Origin: Candidatus Bathyarchaeia archaeon
GTDB lineage: Archaea; Thermoproteota; Bathyarchaeia; Bathyarchaeales; Bathycorpusculaceae
Assembly: GCA_049512075.1 (NCBI GenBank)
Contig: JBEKXL010000001.1
Coordinates: forward strand, 323,462 to 387,461
Length of the DNA: 64,000 nt
Direction of reading: 5' to 3'
The position numbers and the translations under genes were made by a program. Below, piece after piece: positions 1-10,304 of this stretch. Below the pieces are notes generated by a model. It was not told the origin of the DNA and ran no database searches. It worked only from the letters and a program-made list of their open reading frames with translations. The number at the start of each line of letters is the position of its first letter. Within the stretch, counting starts at the first letter, position 1.

Positions 1-226
1 GATGGTTTCAGAAAGCCTTCGCGCATCCATTCCTTGATTGGTTCTTCTATTTGTGTCGGGTCATACTTGTTCAGTAGCATCGAATGTTCAAACGTGAACG
101 CCTGCCCGGTTTCGACGACAACTGTGTAGCCGCAGTACTTGCACGTTGCTATTATTTCACCGGGTTGAAATTGTATTGGTGCCCCGCAGTGGGAACATTT
201 AATCTCATCGACTACGCTCATCTATT

Positions 227-1609
227 TCATGCCTTCTGCTTTTCTCTCTTCAGAATCTCTTTCGAAACGATGACGCCTGAAGCTGAAGCTTGGATGAGCC
301 CTCTTGTGACGCCGGCTCCGTCCCCGATGGTGAACAGGTTGTGTATCTTGGTTTCCAAACAGTGGCTCAGGTGCAGCCTTGACGAGTAGAACTTCACTTC
401 AACGCCGTAGAGCAACGTGTCCCTTGAGTGCAGGCCAGGAATCATCTTGTCCAACGCTTGAAGCATCTCCCGTATGTCGGCCAAGTAGCGATAGGGCAGG
501 ACGAAGCTCAGGTCGCCGGGCGTAGCGTTCTTCAGGGTTGGAGTCACGACACTTCGGGCAATCCGCTCAGGCGTTGATCTTCTTCCAGACTCCAAGTCGC
601 CTAAACGCTGTACGATAACGCCGCCGCCGAGAAGGTTTCCAAGCCTTGCAACGTATTTTCCGTAGGCTATCGGCTCTTTGAAAGGCTCCGTGAACGAAGT
701 GCTCACAAGAATGGCGAAGTTTGTGTTATGAGTCTTCCGTTCCGCGTAGCTTTGACCGTTAACCGTCAAGACTCCATCGTAAGACTCTGTTATGACCTCA
801 CCGTAAGGTGCAACACAGAACGTGCGGACCTGATCGTCAAAAGACTTCGAATAGTAAATGAGCTTGGGCTCGTAAAGAACGCTTGTAAGCTCCTCCATGA
901 CAGATGCTAGGGTCTCAACTCTTATTCCCACGTCAACTGGGTTGTTAAACGTCTTTAGGCCTAGGGCTTGAGCTTCCGTTTGAAGCCACTCGGCGCCGAT
1001 TCTTCCAGGCGCCACGATGACGTATCTGCCGAGGTATTTCTCGCCGTCTACGGTTTCGACCCCTTCAACGGCGCCGTTCTTCACAATCAACCCTTTGACG
1101 TCGCTTCTCGGCTTGAACTCAACCTTGCCATTCAATTCTTGCCGCATCTTTCGAAGAGTCTGGGCGCACCTTTCCGTGCCCATGTGGCGAATCTTCTGGC
1201 GGACGAGTTTCAAACCTGCCAACGATGCTTTCCGTTCAAACTCCTCTACCCTTTCATCTTCCGCTCCGTAGGTGTGCTCAGTCGCCCCGAACTTCAAATA
1301 GACCGAGTCCGCGTAGTTCACGAGTTCTTTAAGCTCTTCGGGCGATACGTACTGGTTGAGCCATCCGCCCACTTCGGGAGACAGCGTGAGCTTTCCATCA
1401 CTGAACGCTCCTGCGCCTCCCCAACCGGACAAAACCGTGCATGGATCGCAGTTTACACACTCGAAGCCTCGGCTTGCTGGGCATTTTCGCTGATTTATAT
1501 CCTGTCCTCTGTCCAGCATCATAACGTGCATGCTGCTTTTCTCTGCAAGCTCCAGAGCAGAGAATATTCCCGCAGGCCCAGCTCCCACAATTATTACATC
1601 ATATTTCAA
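227..1609 (-). CDS. NAD(P)/FAD-dependent oxidoreductase (uncharacterised FAD-dependent dehydrogenase family)
   Basis: N-terminal Rossmann motif IIVGAGPAG, GWGGAGAFSDGKL, C-terminal IGDGAGVTRGL. Confidence 0.85.
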   Translation of the reverse strand: MKYDVIIVGAGPAGIFSALELAEKSSMHVMMLDRGQDINQRKCPASRGFECVNCDPCTVLSGWGGAGAFSDGKLTLSPEVGGWLNQYVSPEELKELVNYADSVYLKFGATEHTYGAEDERVEEFERKASLAGLKLVRQKIRHMGTERCAQTLRKMRQELNGKVEFKPRSDVKGLIVKNGAVEGVETVDGEKYLGRYVIVAPGRIGAEWLQTEAQALGLKTFNNPVDVGIRVETLASVMEELTSVLYEPKLIYYSKSFDDQVRTFCVAPYGEVITESYDGVLTVNGQSYAERKTHNTNFAILVSTSFTEPFKEPIAYGKYVARLGNLLGGGVIVQRLGDLESGRRSTPERIARSVVTPTLKNATPGDLSFVLPYRYLADIREMLQALDKMIPGLHSRDTLLYGVEVKFYSSRLHLSHCLETKIHNLFTIGDGAGVTRGLIQASASGVIVSKEILKREKQKA

Positions 1610-1790
1610 CGGGCTTATCCCCTGAAACCCAGAACTACATGTAGCAACTAGGATATATTTCTAGCGAGCAGGTTGGCGCGTCGTGACCACAGGAAACAAA
1701 AAGCGCCTAGACTCAGCCTTCTCTGTCAGTATTGTCTCACTCCAACTCTGTTATGCTTAAATGTGGGAATCGAAAATAACTAAGTAAAAA

Positions 1791-2345
1791 ATGGGAGTTG
1801 ATGGAGTGGTTAATTTGTGGCGAGACATTCCGTGCGGTCCCGATCCTCCGCACAATGTCTATGCGGTTGTCGAGGTGCCGAACGGAAGCACCAACAAGTA
1901 CAAGTATGATTGCAAAGCTGGTTTTTTCAAGCTTGATAGAGCCTTGTATTCTTCCCTTTATTACCTTGGTGACTATGGCATAATTCCTCGCTCATGGTCA
2001 TTGGACGGAGAGCCGCTGGACATTCTGGTGTTGACCACGAAGCCCACTTTCACCGGTTGCGTGATCACAGCGCGTCCTATCGGGGTTCTGACCACGGAGG
2101 ATGAGAACGGACAGGACGACAAGATCCTCGGAGTACCTGTCGACGACCCCAGGTTTGATGAGATTCGAGACATAGGTGACATTGCAAAACACTTGAAGAC
2201 GGAGATTGCAGACTTTTTTGTGAACTACAAGAGGCTTGAACCGAAGAAGTGGGTTAAGGTTAAGGAGTGGAAGGACGCGAAAGCCGCGGAAAAAATGATA
2301 CTCGCAGCGTTTCAACTGTACAAAGAAGAATTCCATACTACCTAG
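1791..2345 (+). CDS. ppa: Inorganic pyrophosphatase (family I)
   Basis: Motifs NKYKYD, LDR, YGIIP, DGEPLDILVL, DDKILGVP, FFVNYKRLE. Confidence 0.93.
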   Translation: MGVDGVVNLWRDIPCGPDPPHNVYAVVEVPNGSTNKYKYDCKAGFFKLDRALYSSLYYLGDYGIIPRSWSLDGEPLDILVLTTKPTFTGCVITARPIGVLTTEDENGQDDKILGVPVDDPRFDEIRDIGDIAKHLKTEIADFFVNYKRLEPKKWVKVKEWKDAKAAEKMILAAFQLYKEEFHTT

Positions 2346-2503
2346 TCTGAGAAATCAGCAGATCGCGTTCTTTTCTAGCGCGCGTGCTTAGGTGCGTGTA
2401 TTTCCGCTCCGTTGCGCGCCCTCGTCCGGAAGCTGTTACCAAAAAATACTTAGACTTCCGCTTACAATCTGCAAGGAAGACGATTTGCTCGCGGCGGGTG
2501 AAC

Positions 2504-3976
2504 ATGATGTCCAAGGTCAGACTGCAGTCTCAACTCACGCTTTTCGATGTCACAAACCTCGTTGTCGGAGCAATAATTGGCGCAGACATTTACGTGGCCT
2601 CTCAGTTCGGGGCAAGGTATCTCGGCCCCTTCTCACTGATTGTCTGGGTCATCGCAGGAGCCATGGCCATCGTCATTGCGTTGTGCTTTGCCCAGTGCGC
2701 ATCTCTTCTTCCGAAGGTTGGTGGGCCGTACGCTTACGCAAAAGAGGCTTGGGGACCGTTTTGGGGTTTTATCGTCGGCTGGTCCCTCTGGCTTGCCGAG
2801 TGGGTGTCGCTGGCCGTTTTTCCCGTTGCCTTTGTCCAATACTTGACTGTTTTCCTGCCCAACCTGGGCCCAATCGTCCAAATCATTATCAAAGGGCTCT
2901 TTGTGCTGTTTCTTATAGCGTCAAACATTTTTGGAGTTAGAGCAGCCGGAAGAACAAACGACGTCCTCACCATAGTTAAACTCGCTCCGCTGATTCTTTT
3001 CGCTGCGATCGGTCTGCTGTTCGTCATTGTCAACCCCGCTACTGCGGCCTCTAATTTCTCTCCGTTATTGCCGAATGGCCTTGGAAGTTTTGGGCTTGCT
3101 CTCGTCCTGATTTTCTGGGCGTATGCAGGCTTCGAAATCTCGACCATTCCGGCTGAAGAGATAAAGGATGCAAAGAAAACTATTCCAAGGGCTATCGTTC
3201 TTGGGATTGCCATCGTGACAGTGTTCTATCTAGTAACGAACGTTTTGCTTTTCGCAGTCAGACCATCGGCACAATTGATGGGGGACAATGCGCCTATGGT
3301 TGCTGCAACTGGAGTAGCCTTGAGTTGGAACCATCCATTGCTTGTTGTTGGAGTGGCAATCGTCGGCGTTGGTGCCTTGGTTTCAGTGGCCGGTTCTGAC
3401 GAGTCGGGAATGATAGGAACTTCGAGACTTGGATACGCGCTGGCTGCTGACGGCTTGTTTCCAAGCGTTTTCGCCAAGATTCACCCGAAATTTAAGACGC
3501 CTTACCTGGGAATAATCATCCAAGCCGTCACGGCGCTGATAGCCGCAGTTTACGGTAGGCTAGACATCTTGATAGCAACTTCTGTTTTTCTGTTGGGAGT
3601 AGCTTACGCGGCCACAGCCCTATCGGTCTTCTGGCTGCGCAAGAAGTGCCCGGCAACGCAGTCTCGTTGGGAGGCAACCTCTGTCATTCCAATCTTGGGA
3701 ATCATCTTCTCCGTCATCCTGATCGTTCTGTGTGGAATTGTTCAAATTCTAACAGGAATAGCGATGCTTGCCGTTGGAATCCCAATTTACATCAAGTATT
3801 CTCCCAAGAAAGAACTGACCGATCTCAAGAACGCATTGATATCCAGAGAAGCCATCCTCGAAAAGGCCTACAGACAAGAAGACAGTTTCCTCGCTCACGC
3901 GTTGCGCCATGTGAAGAGAGCATACAGGAGAATCACAGGCAAGAAACAAACGTGGCAGGCAAACGACAAAGACTGA
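2504..3976 (+). CDS. APC-family amino acid permease
   Basis: About 12 hydrophobic segments, GAIIGADIY, GGPYAYAKEAWG, FWAYAGFE; start moved from the ORF-track GTG at 2384 to ATG 2504. Confidence 0.9.
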   Translation: MMSKVRLQSQLTLFDVTNLVVGAIIGADIYVASQFGARYLGPFSLIVWVIAGAMAIVIALCFAQCASLLPKVGGPYAYAKEAWGPFWGFIVGWSLWLAEWVSLAVFPVAFVQYLTVFLPNLGPIVQIIIKGLFVLFLIASNIFGVRAAGRTNDVLTIVKLAPLILFAAIGLLFVIVNPATAASNFSPLLPNGLGSFGLALVLIFWAYAGFEISTIPAEEIKDAKKTIPRAIVLGIAIVTVFYLVTNVLLFAVRPSAQLMGDNAPMVAATGVALSWNHPLLVVGVAIVGVGALVSVAGSDESGMIGTSRLGYALAADGLFPSVFAKIHPKFKTPYLGIIIQAVTALIAAVYGRLDILIATSVFLLGVAYAATALSVFWLRKKCPATQSRWEATSVIPILGIIFSVILIVLCGIVQILTGIAMLAVGIPIYIKYSPKKELTDLKNALISREAILEKAYRQEDSFLAHALRHVKRAYRRITGKKQTWQANDKD

Positions 3977-4024
3977 AATATCGTTCGAGCTTAGGCGCGC
4001 ACTTTGAAAGCAGTGGACTGATGG

Positions 4025-4366
4025 CTACTCTCGTTTGTGTGGGACGAGGCAGAGGAACTTTAGTTTTTTCTTGCTGTTGTTTTTGAATTGATGCTGCTCG
4101 TTCGGAGGGACGAAAACGGCGTCGCCTGCCTTGAACTTTTTCTCTTCTTTACCGCCTACTACGAGTCCTTCGCCTTCCAGAATGAAGACTTCATGCTCCC
4201 AAGGATGATTATGGAAGGGGCTGTGTCCTCCGGGCTCTACTTCGAACAGTCTCATGGCGAAGTTAGGCGCCCCCATTTCTCTTGTGATAAGCCACCGCAC
4301 GTTCACTTTTGAGGCCCCCTCATCCGCCTCTTTCGCCTCAACATCTTTGTACGGAACTACTTTCAT
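4025..4366 (-). CDS. Cupin domain protein
   Basis: Cupin motifs PGGHSPFHNHPWEHE and GDAVFVPPNEQHQFKN. Confidence 0.9.
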   Translation of the reverse strand: MKVVPYKDVEAKEADEGASKVNVRWLITREMGAPNFAMRLFEVEPGGHSPFHNHPWEHEVFILEGEGLVVGGKEEKKFKAGDAVFVPPNEQHQFKNNSKKKLKFLCLVPHKRE

Positions 4367-4422
4367 TCAATCCACCTTCCATAACAGAAAATGACGAACA
4401 CGCTTTCTTTAGTTTAGCAACG

Positions 4423-4701
4423 TTAATCTTTTATTGCTTCAAGCAGACTCATTACGTTCCACAGTTTGACCCGAGAGTAGGGCGGCATGTTTGGATCCTG
4501 CAGGATCTCGTCCATGAGTGATACGGCGTTCGCGGCTCTGACGGCAGGCGTAAACTCCTTCGATTGTAAGGTATCCATCGAGTCTTTAGCGGCCCTTCTG
4601 ATGTTTCTCGGCGTGGTATTGTCTTCGGAAACTGCTCCCAGCACGGCTAACGCCTGTTTTATCCGCTCTTCATATTCCTCCATCTTCTTCTTTCTAACCA
4701 T
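4423..4701 (-). CDS. UPF0147 family protein (archaeal)
   Basis: DNTTPRNIRRAA and DPNMPPYSRVKLWN signatures. Confidence 0.88.
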   Translation of the reverse strand: MVRKKKMEEYEERIKQALAVLGAVSEDNTTPRNIRRAAKDSMDTLQSKEFTPAVRAANAVSLMDEILQDPNMPPYSRVKLWNVMSLLEAIKD

Positions 4702-4775
4702 TCTGCCACCTCACAGGGTTCGTGATAACCTTGTTATATAAGCTGAGATACCTATTTACTTTGGGGTTTTAAAAC

Positions 4776-5141
4776 TTGTCGCGAAAACCAAGCGAAGAGC
4801 CGCCCATCAAACGCATGGCCGATCTCCTGCGCCAAGGCTCAACACTGACAGAGCTAGCCTGCCCGGCGTGTGCTTCGCCGCTGTTCAGACTGAAGAACGG
4901 TGAACTGTGGTGTGAAAGGTGCAAGAAAAAGGTCATAGTGGTGAAGGAAGGAGAGGAAGAAACAAAGGCCACAGGTTCTATCGCTCTGGCAAGCCTGGAA
5001 GCAACACTTCTTGCCAAGGTTCAAGCAGTGCAGAATAAGATGGAGCACGAGGAGAAACCTGAAGAACTGGAAAAGCTGAACACTGTACTAGCTGGGCTTC
5101 TGGATAACCTTGAAAGAATAAGAAAGGCAAAGAAGACGTAG
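4776..5141 (+). CDS. UPF0148 / autoantigen-p27-like Zn-ribbon protein
   Basis: MADLLRQGSTL, CPAC..PLF..CERC; divergent from UPF0147 as is usual in archaea. Confidence 0.82.
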   Translation: MSRKPSEEPPIKRMADLLRQGSTLTELACPACASPLFRLKNGELWCERCKKKVIVVKEGEEETKATGSIALASLEATLLAKVQAVQNKMEHEEKPEELEKLNTVLAGLLDNLERIRKAKKT

Positions 5142-5154
5142 GCGTCTCCTGGCA

Positions 5155-5664
5155 ATGCTCGGGTTTTATACAAACTTCCCCCAGAACATTCACAAGGCGG
5201 AAACCTTCTCTACTTCAATATCGAGCAGGAAGCTGCAGCAAACATTGGTAGAGACCTTGCACATGCTGAACAGCGAAAACCTCAGTCTGGAAGAGGTTGC
5301 TGCGCCATCAATTCCGGGGTGCAACGTCATTTTTGAGGTTGGAGTAGCTGAAGGCAACGACTTCAACTATCTGGATGGTGAAGAAAGAGAAAGGCTGCTG
5401 GGAGCTTTGAACAAGAAACCGTTTCAGGTCATGGATTTTCTCTGCGTGATCCGCTATCGCAGGATGGTAGAAGAAAGGAAGGCGCGTATGAGGTTTGACT
5501 ATTACATGCTGCGCTTGCTTTTTGGTGAAAGCCTCGTGGAGGTTCAGGTTTCGCATGAAAAAGGGATAAGACACACCTCGCCTGAAGACCTCGTCAAACT
5601 CGTTGTGGACAGAGTTAACGGGGCGTTCTCAAAGAAAGTGTTAAGGCCTTCTGAAGCTGTCTAG
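5155..5664 (+). CDS. Hypothetical protein
   Basis: 169-aa ORF directly after the UPF0148 gene with protein-like composition. Confidence 0.6.
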   Translation: MLGFYTNFPQNIHKAETFSTSISSRKLQQTLVETLHMLNSENLSLEEVAAPSIPGCNVIFEVGVAEGNDFNYLDGEERERLLGALNKKPFQVMDFLCVIRYRRMVEERKARMRFDYYMLRLLFGESLVEVQVSHEKGIRHTSPEDLVKLVVDRVNGAFSKKVLRPSEAV

Positions 5665-6260
5665 AGGTCTTTTCCCAGAAACCTCTGGACGACGGTGGCA
5701 AGGTCCAACGCGACTTCGCCCTTGGATTTGCTTCCGTCCACTCGGACCAGTTCGCCCTTTTCAACAAATTCCACGTAGACTTCACGCACCTTCCTCTGTG
5801 TTTCCAAGTTCTCCATAACTGATTTCCTGGGCTTCAACCTCTGAACGACGGTTTCAGGTTCCACGTCAATGAAGATTGCCAAATCAGGGCGAACCGCGTG
5901 CTCGTTTATCCTTTCAATCCATTCCAACTCAAGCCCAGTCGCACCTTGATAGGCCAGGGAAGAGTAGACGTAACGGTCAGAAACAACTATTCGCCCCCTT
6001 TTCAAGGCCGGCAAAACAGTGTTTTCAACGTGTTCAAAACGGTCTGCCGCAAACAGTAACGCCTCAACCACGCCTGAACCGCGCTTGTCGCCGTGCAACC
6101 AATGTTTCTTGATGAACCTGCCTATCTTCCCACTACTGGGTTCAGCCGTGTAAATCGCATCACAGCTTCTCCTCAACCTTCTTACAAGCAGCTTTGCCTG
6201 CGTAGTCTTCCCACACCCGTCCAACCCTTCGACACAGATGAAAACCCCCTTGGAAACCAC
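5661..6260 (-). CDS. tmk: Thymidylate (dTMP) kinase
   Basis: EGLDGCGKTT P-loop, LLFAADR, DRYVYSSLAYQG, PDLAIFID. Confidence 0.95.
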   Translation of the reverse strand: MVSKGVFICVEGLDGCGKTTQAKLLVRRLRRSCDAIYTAEPSSGKIGRFIKKHWLHGDKRGSGVVEALLFAADRFEHVENTVLPALKRGRIVVSDRYVYSSLAYQGATGLELEWIERINEHAVRPDLAIFIDVEPETVVQRLKPRKSVMENLETQRKVREVYVEFVEKGELVRVDGSKSKGEVALDLATVVQRFLGKDL

Positions 6261-6455
6261 CCTTTTCCACCCTAAACCTTAGGCACTGTAAGAAGAGGAA
6301 TATTAAGTACTATTTTTGTACTTCTCAGCGAACCGTCAAAACAGCTACTTCGTGACATGTTTGCTCAGATAGTGCACAGATTGAACGACACAAGAACGCT
6401 GTTCAGCCCTATGAGACTCAAACACCGAATTCAGGAACATGCATGCGCGTCAAGA

Positions 6456-7040
6456 CTATTGTGGCTTTTGCACTTCGGCTTTTTCGCAATTGGCAAGCAG
6501 GTAGCCGCCGAACCCTGCTCCCCATAGGAGAATCGGATAGACGATCATACGCTCCATCCCGCCTGCACCCAGATCCAGATATGTTTGAGCTGCGAAGAGG
6601 CCCAAGGCTCCAAGAGCCATCAAGCCCAGAATCACGGCGATGACCGAAAAGGGCCGCTTCAGCAACCTGTATGATGCTATAGAGGACAACCCGCCGAACA
6701 GGAACGCGATTAACGAAACGACCCAGTGCACGTTTACGTAGTTTTCTGTAAAAACGCCGACGCCCATGGCTCCTATCGCGGACAGAATCAGCAACAGGGT
6801 CAGAAGCTTGAAGTTGAAAGCTCGCTGAACGAAGTAGGCTCCGATGAGCATCAACAAGCCCATAAGGAAGACTGAAGAGTTGAAAATCATTGCAGAAGGT
6901 CCGACGCCCAGGTCGCTTATGTAATTCACGGATATGCTGTAGCCCGCGTAGCGTGCTTCGGCAACAACCATTCCTATGACAAACTGTGAAGCTGCAACGA
7001 AAAAGAGTGCGCCAGCCACTTTCCCAGCAGCATACTTCAT
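6456..7040 (-). CDS. DUF998-like membrane protein
   Basis: YSISVNYISDLG, GVGVFTE..H, GGMERMIVYP; about 5 TM segments. Confidence 0.75.
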   Translation of the reverse strand: MKYAAGKVAGALFFVAASQFVIGMVVAEARYAGYSISVNYISDLGVGPSAMIFNSSVFLMGLLMLIGAYFVQRAFNFKLLTLLLILSAIGAMGVGVFTENYVNVHWVVSLIAFLFGGLSSIASYRLLKRPFSVIAVILGLMALGALGLFAAQTYLDLGAGGMERMIVYPILLWGAGFGGYLLANCEKAEVQKPQ

Positions 7041-7164
7041 AGTATAAACCTGCATCTGTCTAGGTTCTTAAAACTTGCCGTCGGGCGCATTTTGCAAAAC
7101 CTGTGTTAGACATTATAAGAACGAAGATGCATGTAGTAGCTGTCCAAAAGCAGGAAATTTGCAG

Positions 7165-8445
7165 ATGCCTAAGAACTACTGGGGCGAGATAAAAGATCCC
7201 TTGCACGGTTACGTATACATAACGGAAGAGGAGAAGGCCCTCATCGATTCTTATCCCGTCCAGAGACTGCATAGGCTGCGTCAGCTTGCGGGTGCAGAGT
7301 ACGTTTATCCTGGAGCAAACCACACGCGTTTTGAACATTCAATCGGCGTGATGCACCTGGCCAGCAGAGTGACTGAAAACCCCAACATTTCACAGTACAT
7401 CAACGAAGACGAAGCTGAAATGGTTAGGATTGCAGGGTTGCTTCATGACGTGGGACACGGTCCGTTCTCACACGTTTTCGAACAGCTGCTTGAAAAGGAG
7501 CTCAATCAGACGCACGAGGATGTTACTCTGTGGCTGGTTAAGAATGGTGAACTGAAAGACAAGCTGAAGAAGATGGGGTTTAAGCCTGAGGCTGTTGGGA
7601 AACTGGCCGTTGGCAGACTTCACGTGTCTGGGAAGGCTTTTCTGGACCAGATAATAAGCAGCGCCGTCGACGTGGACAAGCTGGACTTTATAGTGCGCGA
7701 CACGTACCACACGGGCGCGGAGTACGGTTTCATCGATGTTTCCAGGCTAATCCACACCCTGGACGTGTTGGAAGGCAACCTGGCGGTCGACCTAGGCGCT
7801 CTCTCAGCCCTGGAATCTATGATTATAGCTCGGATAGAGTCCTTCAGGAGCATATACTTTCACCGCGTTGGGAGAGCAGCGCAGATCATGCTCGCGATGG
7901 CGATGGAAAAGGCAAACGGCGAACTGGGACTGACGAGTTTCAAGACTCCAGAAGAATACTTGGCGATGGACGATTACACCGTTTGGACGATGCTTAAGAA
8001 CTGCAAAAAATCATGCACGATTATAAGAGATCTTGAGAGGCGAAGGATGCTGAAATGCGCTTATGAAAGAACATTCTACGAGAAGGACACGATGGTTTCG
8101 AACATTTTCAGCCGTGAAGCCACCAGAACGCAGCTGCAAGCCGACATTGCAAGAGAAGCAAAGGTCGAGACGGAAACAGTGTTCATCGATGTGCCCACCG
8201 TTCCATCCGTTCCGAATCATCACGCAGTTCTGATGGAAAGCATGGAAATCCCAGTGTTCTTCAAGACGGCGAAAGGCGAAAAGATTCCGCAGCGGCTGAG
8301 CGAAATTTCGAAGATATTCGAAACCCTCAAGGGCTTCATAAACATACTGCGCGTCTACGCGGAAGAGGAAAACCGTGAAAAAGTCAGCGCGGCGGCCTCA
8401 AAGATTCTGGGCAGAATTCCTTCATCAGCGACAGTATCCTACTGA
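7165..8445 (+). CDS. HD-domain phosphohydrolase (dNTPase/SAMHD1-like)
   Basis: IKDPLHG, QRLHRLRQL, HTRFEHSIG, LLHDVGHGPFSH, DVDKLDFIVRD. Confidence 0.92.
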   Translation: MPKNYWGEIKDPLHGYVYITEEEKALIDSYPVQRLHRLRQLAGAEYVYPGANHTRFEHSIGVMHLASRVTENPNISQYINEDEAEMVRIAGLLHDVGHGPFSHVFEQLLEKELNQTHEDVTLWLVKNGELKDKLKKMGFKPEAVGKLAVGRLHVSGKAFLDQIISSAVDVDKLDFIVRDTYHTGAEYGFIDVSRLIHTLDVLEGNLAVDLGALSALESMIIARIESFRSIYFHRVGRAAQIMLAMAMEKANGELGLTSFKTPEEYLAMDDYTVWTMLKNCKKSCTIIRDLERRRMLKCAYERTFYEKDTMVSNIFSREATRTQLQADIAREAKVETETVFIDVPTVPSVPNHHAVLMESMEIPVFFKTAKGEKIPQRLSEISKIFETLKGFINILRVYAEEENREKVSAAASKILGRIPSSATVSY

Positions 8446-8456
8446 AGCGTGCCAGA

Positions 8457-8870
8457 ATGCAAGTTCTGACGTTGAAAGGTCGAAAAATCGTGGAAGGAAC
8501 CTGCACGGCAGAGGCCCTTGTGAGCGCGAAGCCTATCAGCTTTTTGGGCGGAGTTGACCCGGCTGACGGAAAAATAATCGAAAAGAAGCATGACCTCTGC
8601 GGCACGTGTATCAAAGACAAGGTTCTGGTCTTCCCACACGGTCACGGCTCCACAGTGGGCAGCTACGTAATGTATTCCCTGTCCAAGAAGGGCTTAGCGC
8701 CCGCGGCAATCATCAACCAGACAGCCGATCCTGTCGTCGTAGTCGGCGCGATAATAGCTGACATTCCGATGATCGATCAGGTTGACATTAGAAAAATCAG
8801 GACGGGCGACACCGTTGAAGTTGACGGTTGCAAAGGCGTTGCGAGAATCTTGAAACACAAGGAGAGCTGA
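8457..8870 (+). CDS. Aconitase X swivel subunit (DUF126), probable phosphomevalonate dehydratase small subunit
   Basis: ISFLGGVDP, FPHGHGSTVGSYV; adjacent to DUF521. Confidence 0.85.
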   Translation: MQVLTLKGRKIVEGTCTAEALVSAKPISFLGGVDPADGKIIEKKHDLCGTCIKDKVLVFPHGHGSTVGSYVMYSLSKKGLAPAAIINQTADPVVVVGAIIADIPMIDQVDIRKIRTGDTVEVDGCKGVARILKHKES

Positions 8871-8875
8871 AACAT

Positions 8876-10048
8876 GTGCATTTGACGCGAGAGGAAGAGC
8901 GCATCTACGATGGCGAGTGCGGATGGGCAAACCAAACCTGCATCAGAATACTCGTGCGTCTGGGCGAGCTGTTTGGCGCAGAAAAACTGATACCGATAGA
9001 TTCGGCACATGTTTCGGGAGTTTCATACAAGACATTGGGCGATGCCCCAATCGAGTTTTTGAGGGCCTTGGCCGATGCTGGCGCGAGGGTGAAAGTCAGA
9101 ACCACTTTGAACCCGCAGAGTCTCGACTCGCACTACCTTGGAAAGAAACTGCAAAAGGATCTCCAGGAGCCCCAACTGGATATTTTAAGGCAGTTTGAAA
9201 GAATGGGTCTGACACGGTCTCTGACGTGCACACCGTATTATTTGCAGAGGCCAAAGCGGGGTTTGCATCACGCTTGGGCCGAATCCTCAGCCGTGGTTTA
9301 TGCCAATTCAGTCTTGGGCGCTTGGACAAACCGTGAAGGCGGACCCAGCGCCCTTGCAGCCGCGATAATTGGAAAAACACCAGATTACGGAATTCACAGG
9401 ACGGAAAACCGACGAACAAACGTCACGGTGAAAGTTGAAACCAAACTGCGAAACGAAACAGAACTCGGAGCACTAGGAATCTTTCTGGGCAAAACCCTAG
9501 GAGACAAAATCCCCGCGATCAAGGGCTTGCCAAGCACGTCAAAAGACATGCTGAAACAGCTTTGCGCCGCCATCGCTACAACAGGAATGACAAACATGTT
9601 CCACCTCGACTCTACCTCGAGAACGAGGGAAACCGAAAAAATATGTGTGGACTCTCATCAGATCAAACATGCAATCGAAGAGCTGTCCACAGCTTCAGCC
9701 ACTCAGCCTGATCTTGTGTTTCTGGGATGCCCACACTGTTCGCTGAACGAGATGAAACGGATCGCCCAGCTCGCTGAAGGGAAGAGAGTCAGAGCTGGAA
9801 CGGAGTTTTGGGTTTGCACCTCCTGTCACGTCAGACAAATGGCCCGCGACTATGTGAAGAAAATAGAGGAAGCTGGAGGACACGTGCTCGATGGCGTGTG
9901 CACAGTCGTCTCCTGGACTGAGAAACTTGGGATAAAAACGATAATGACGAACTCGGCAAAAACAGCCTATTACGCGCCTACACTGAACAGGGCCGAACCC
10001 CTGCTCGCGCCACTGCAGGACTGTTTGAAATCAGCGCTCGTAGGATAA
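8876..10048 (+). CDS. Aconitase X catalytic subunit (DUF521), probable phosphomevalonate dehydratase large subunit
   Basis: AHVSGVSYK, TCTPY, AWAESSAVVYANSVLGA, GCPHCS, TNSAK; GTG start inferred. Confidence 0.87.
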   Translation: MHLTREEERIYDGECGWANQTCIRILVRLGELFGAEKLIPIDSAHVSGVSYKTLGDAPIEFLRALADAGARVKVRTTLNPQSLDSHYLGKKLQKDLQEPQLDILRQFERMGLTRSLTCTPYYLQRPKRGLHHAWAESSAVVYANSVLGAWTNREGGPSALAAAIIGKTPDYGIHRTENRRTNVTVKVETKLRNETELGALGIFLGKTLGDKIPAIKGLPSTSKDMLKQLCAAIATTGMTNMFHLDSTSRTRETEKICVDSHQIKHAIEELSTASATQPDLVFLGCPHCSLNEMKRIAQLAEGKRVRAGTEFWVCTSCHVRQMARDYVKKIEEAGGHVLDGVCTVVSWTEKLGIKTIMTNSAKTAYYAPTLNRAEPLLAPLQDCLKSALVG

Positions 10049-10093
10049 GGTTTATTCGAACGAAGACCTACTCAGCATGATGCCTCCGGACGG

Positions 10094-10170
10094 CAGGGCT
10101 CCGGTAGTGTAGCCCGGTTAGACACCCGCACTGTGGATATATCTTCCGCACAATCCGCTCTTTTTCTTTT
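10094..10170 (+). repeat. Remnant of tRNA-Glu locus (5' fragment plus downstream flank)
   Basis: cagggctccggtagtgtagcccggtta matches 13073-13099 with 2 mismatches; atcttccgcacaa plus T-tract at 10141 matches 13208. Confidence 0.75.
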
Positions 10171-10304
10171 TTCATGCTTCCCGATAATTTAGACGATGAG
10201 AAACTTCACGCACTCCACTCTACTTCTCCCGCGAACTCCCCTTTTTTGCGCCATTTTCTAGGTACATTACCTGAGTTTTCTATATGTCGCTTCTTCTAGG
10301 CCTC

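Noticed and set aside
968-1651. Long opposite-strand ORFs (also 2392-2940, 38558-39070 and others)
   Set aside because: Shadow or alternate frames of well-supported genes with no motifs of their own
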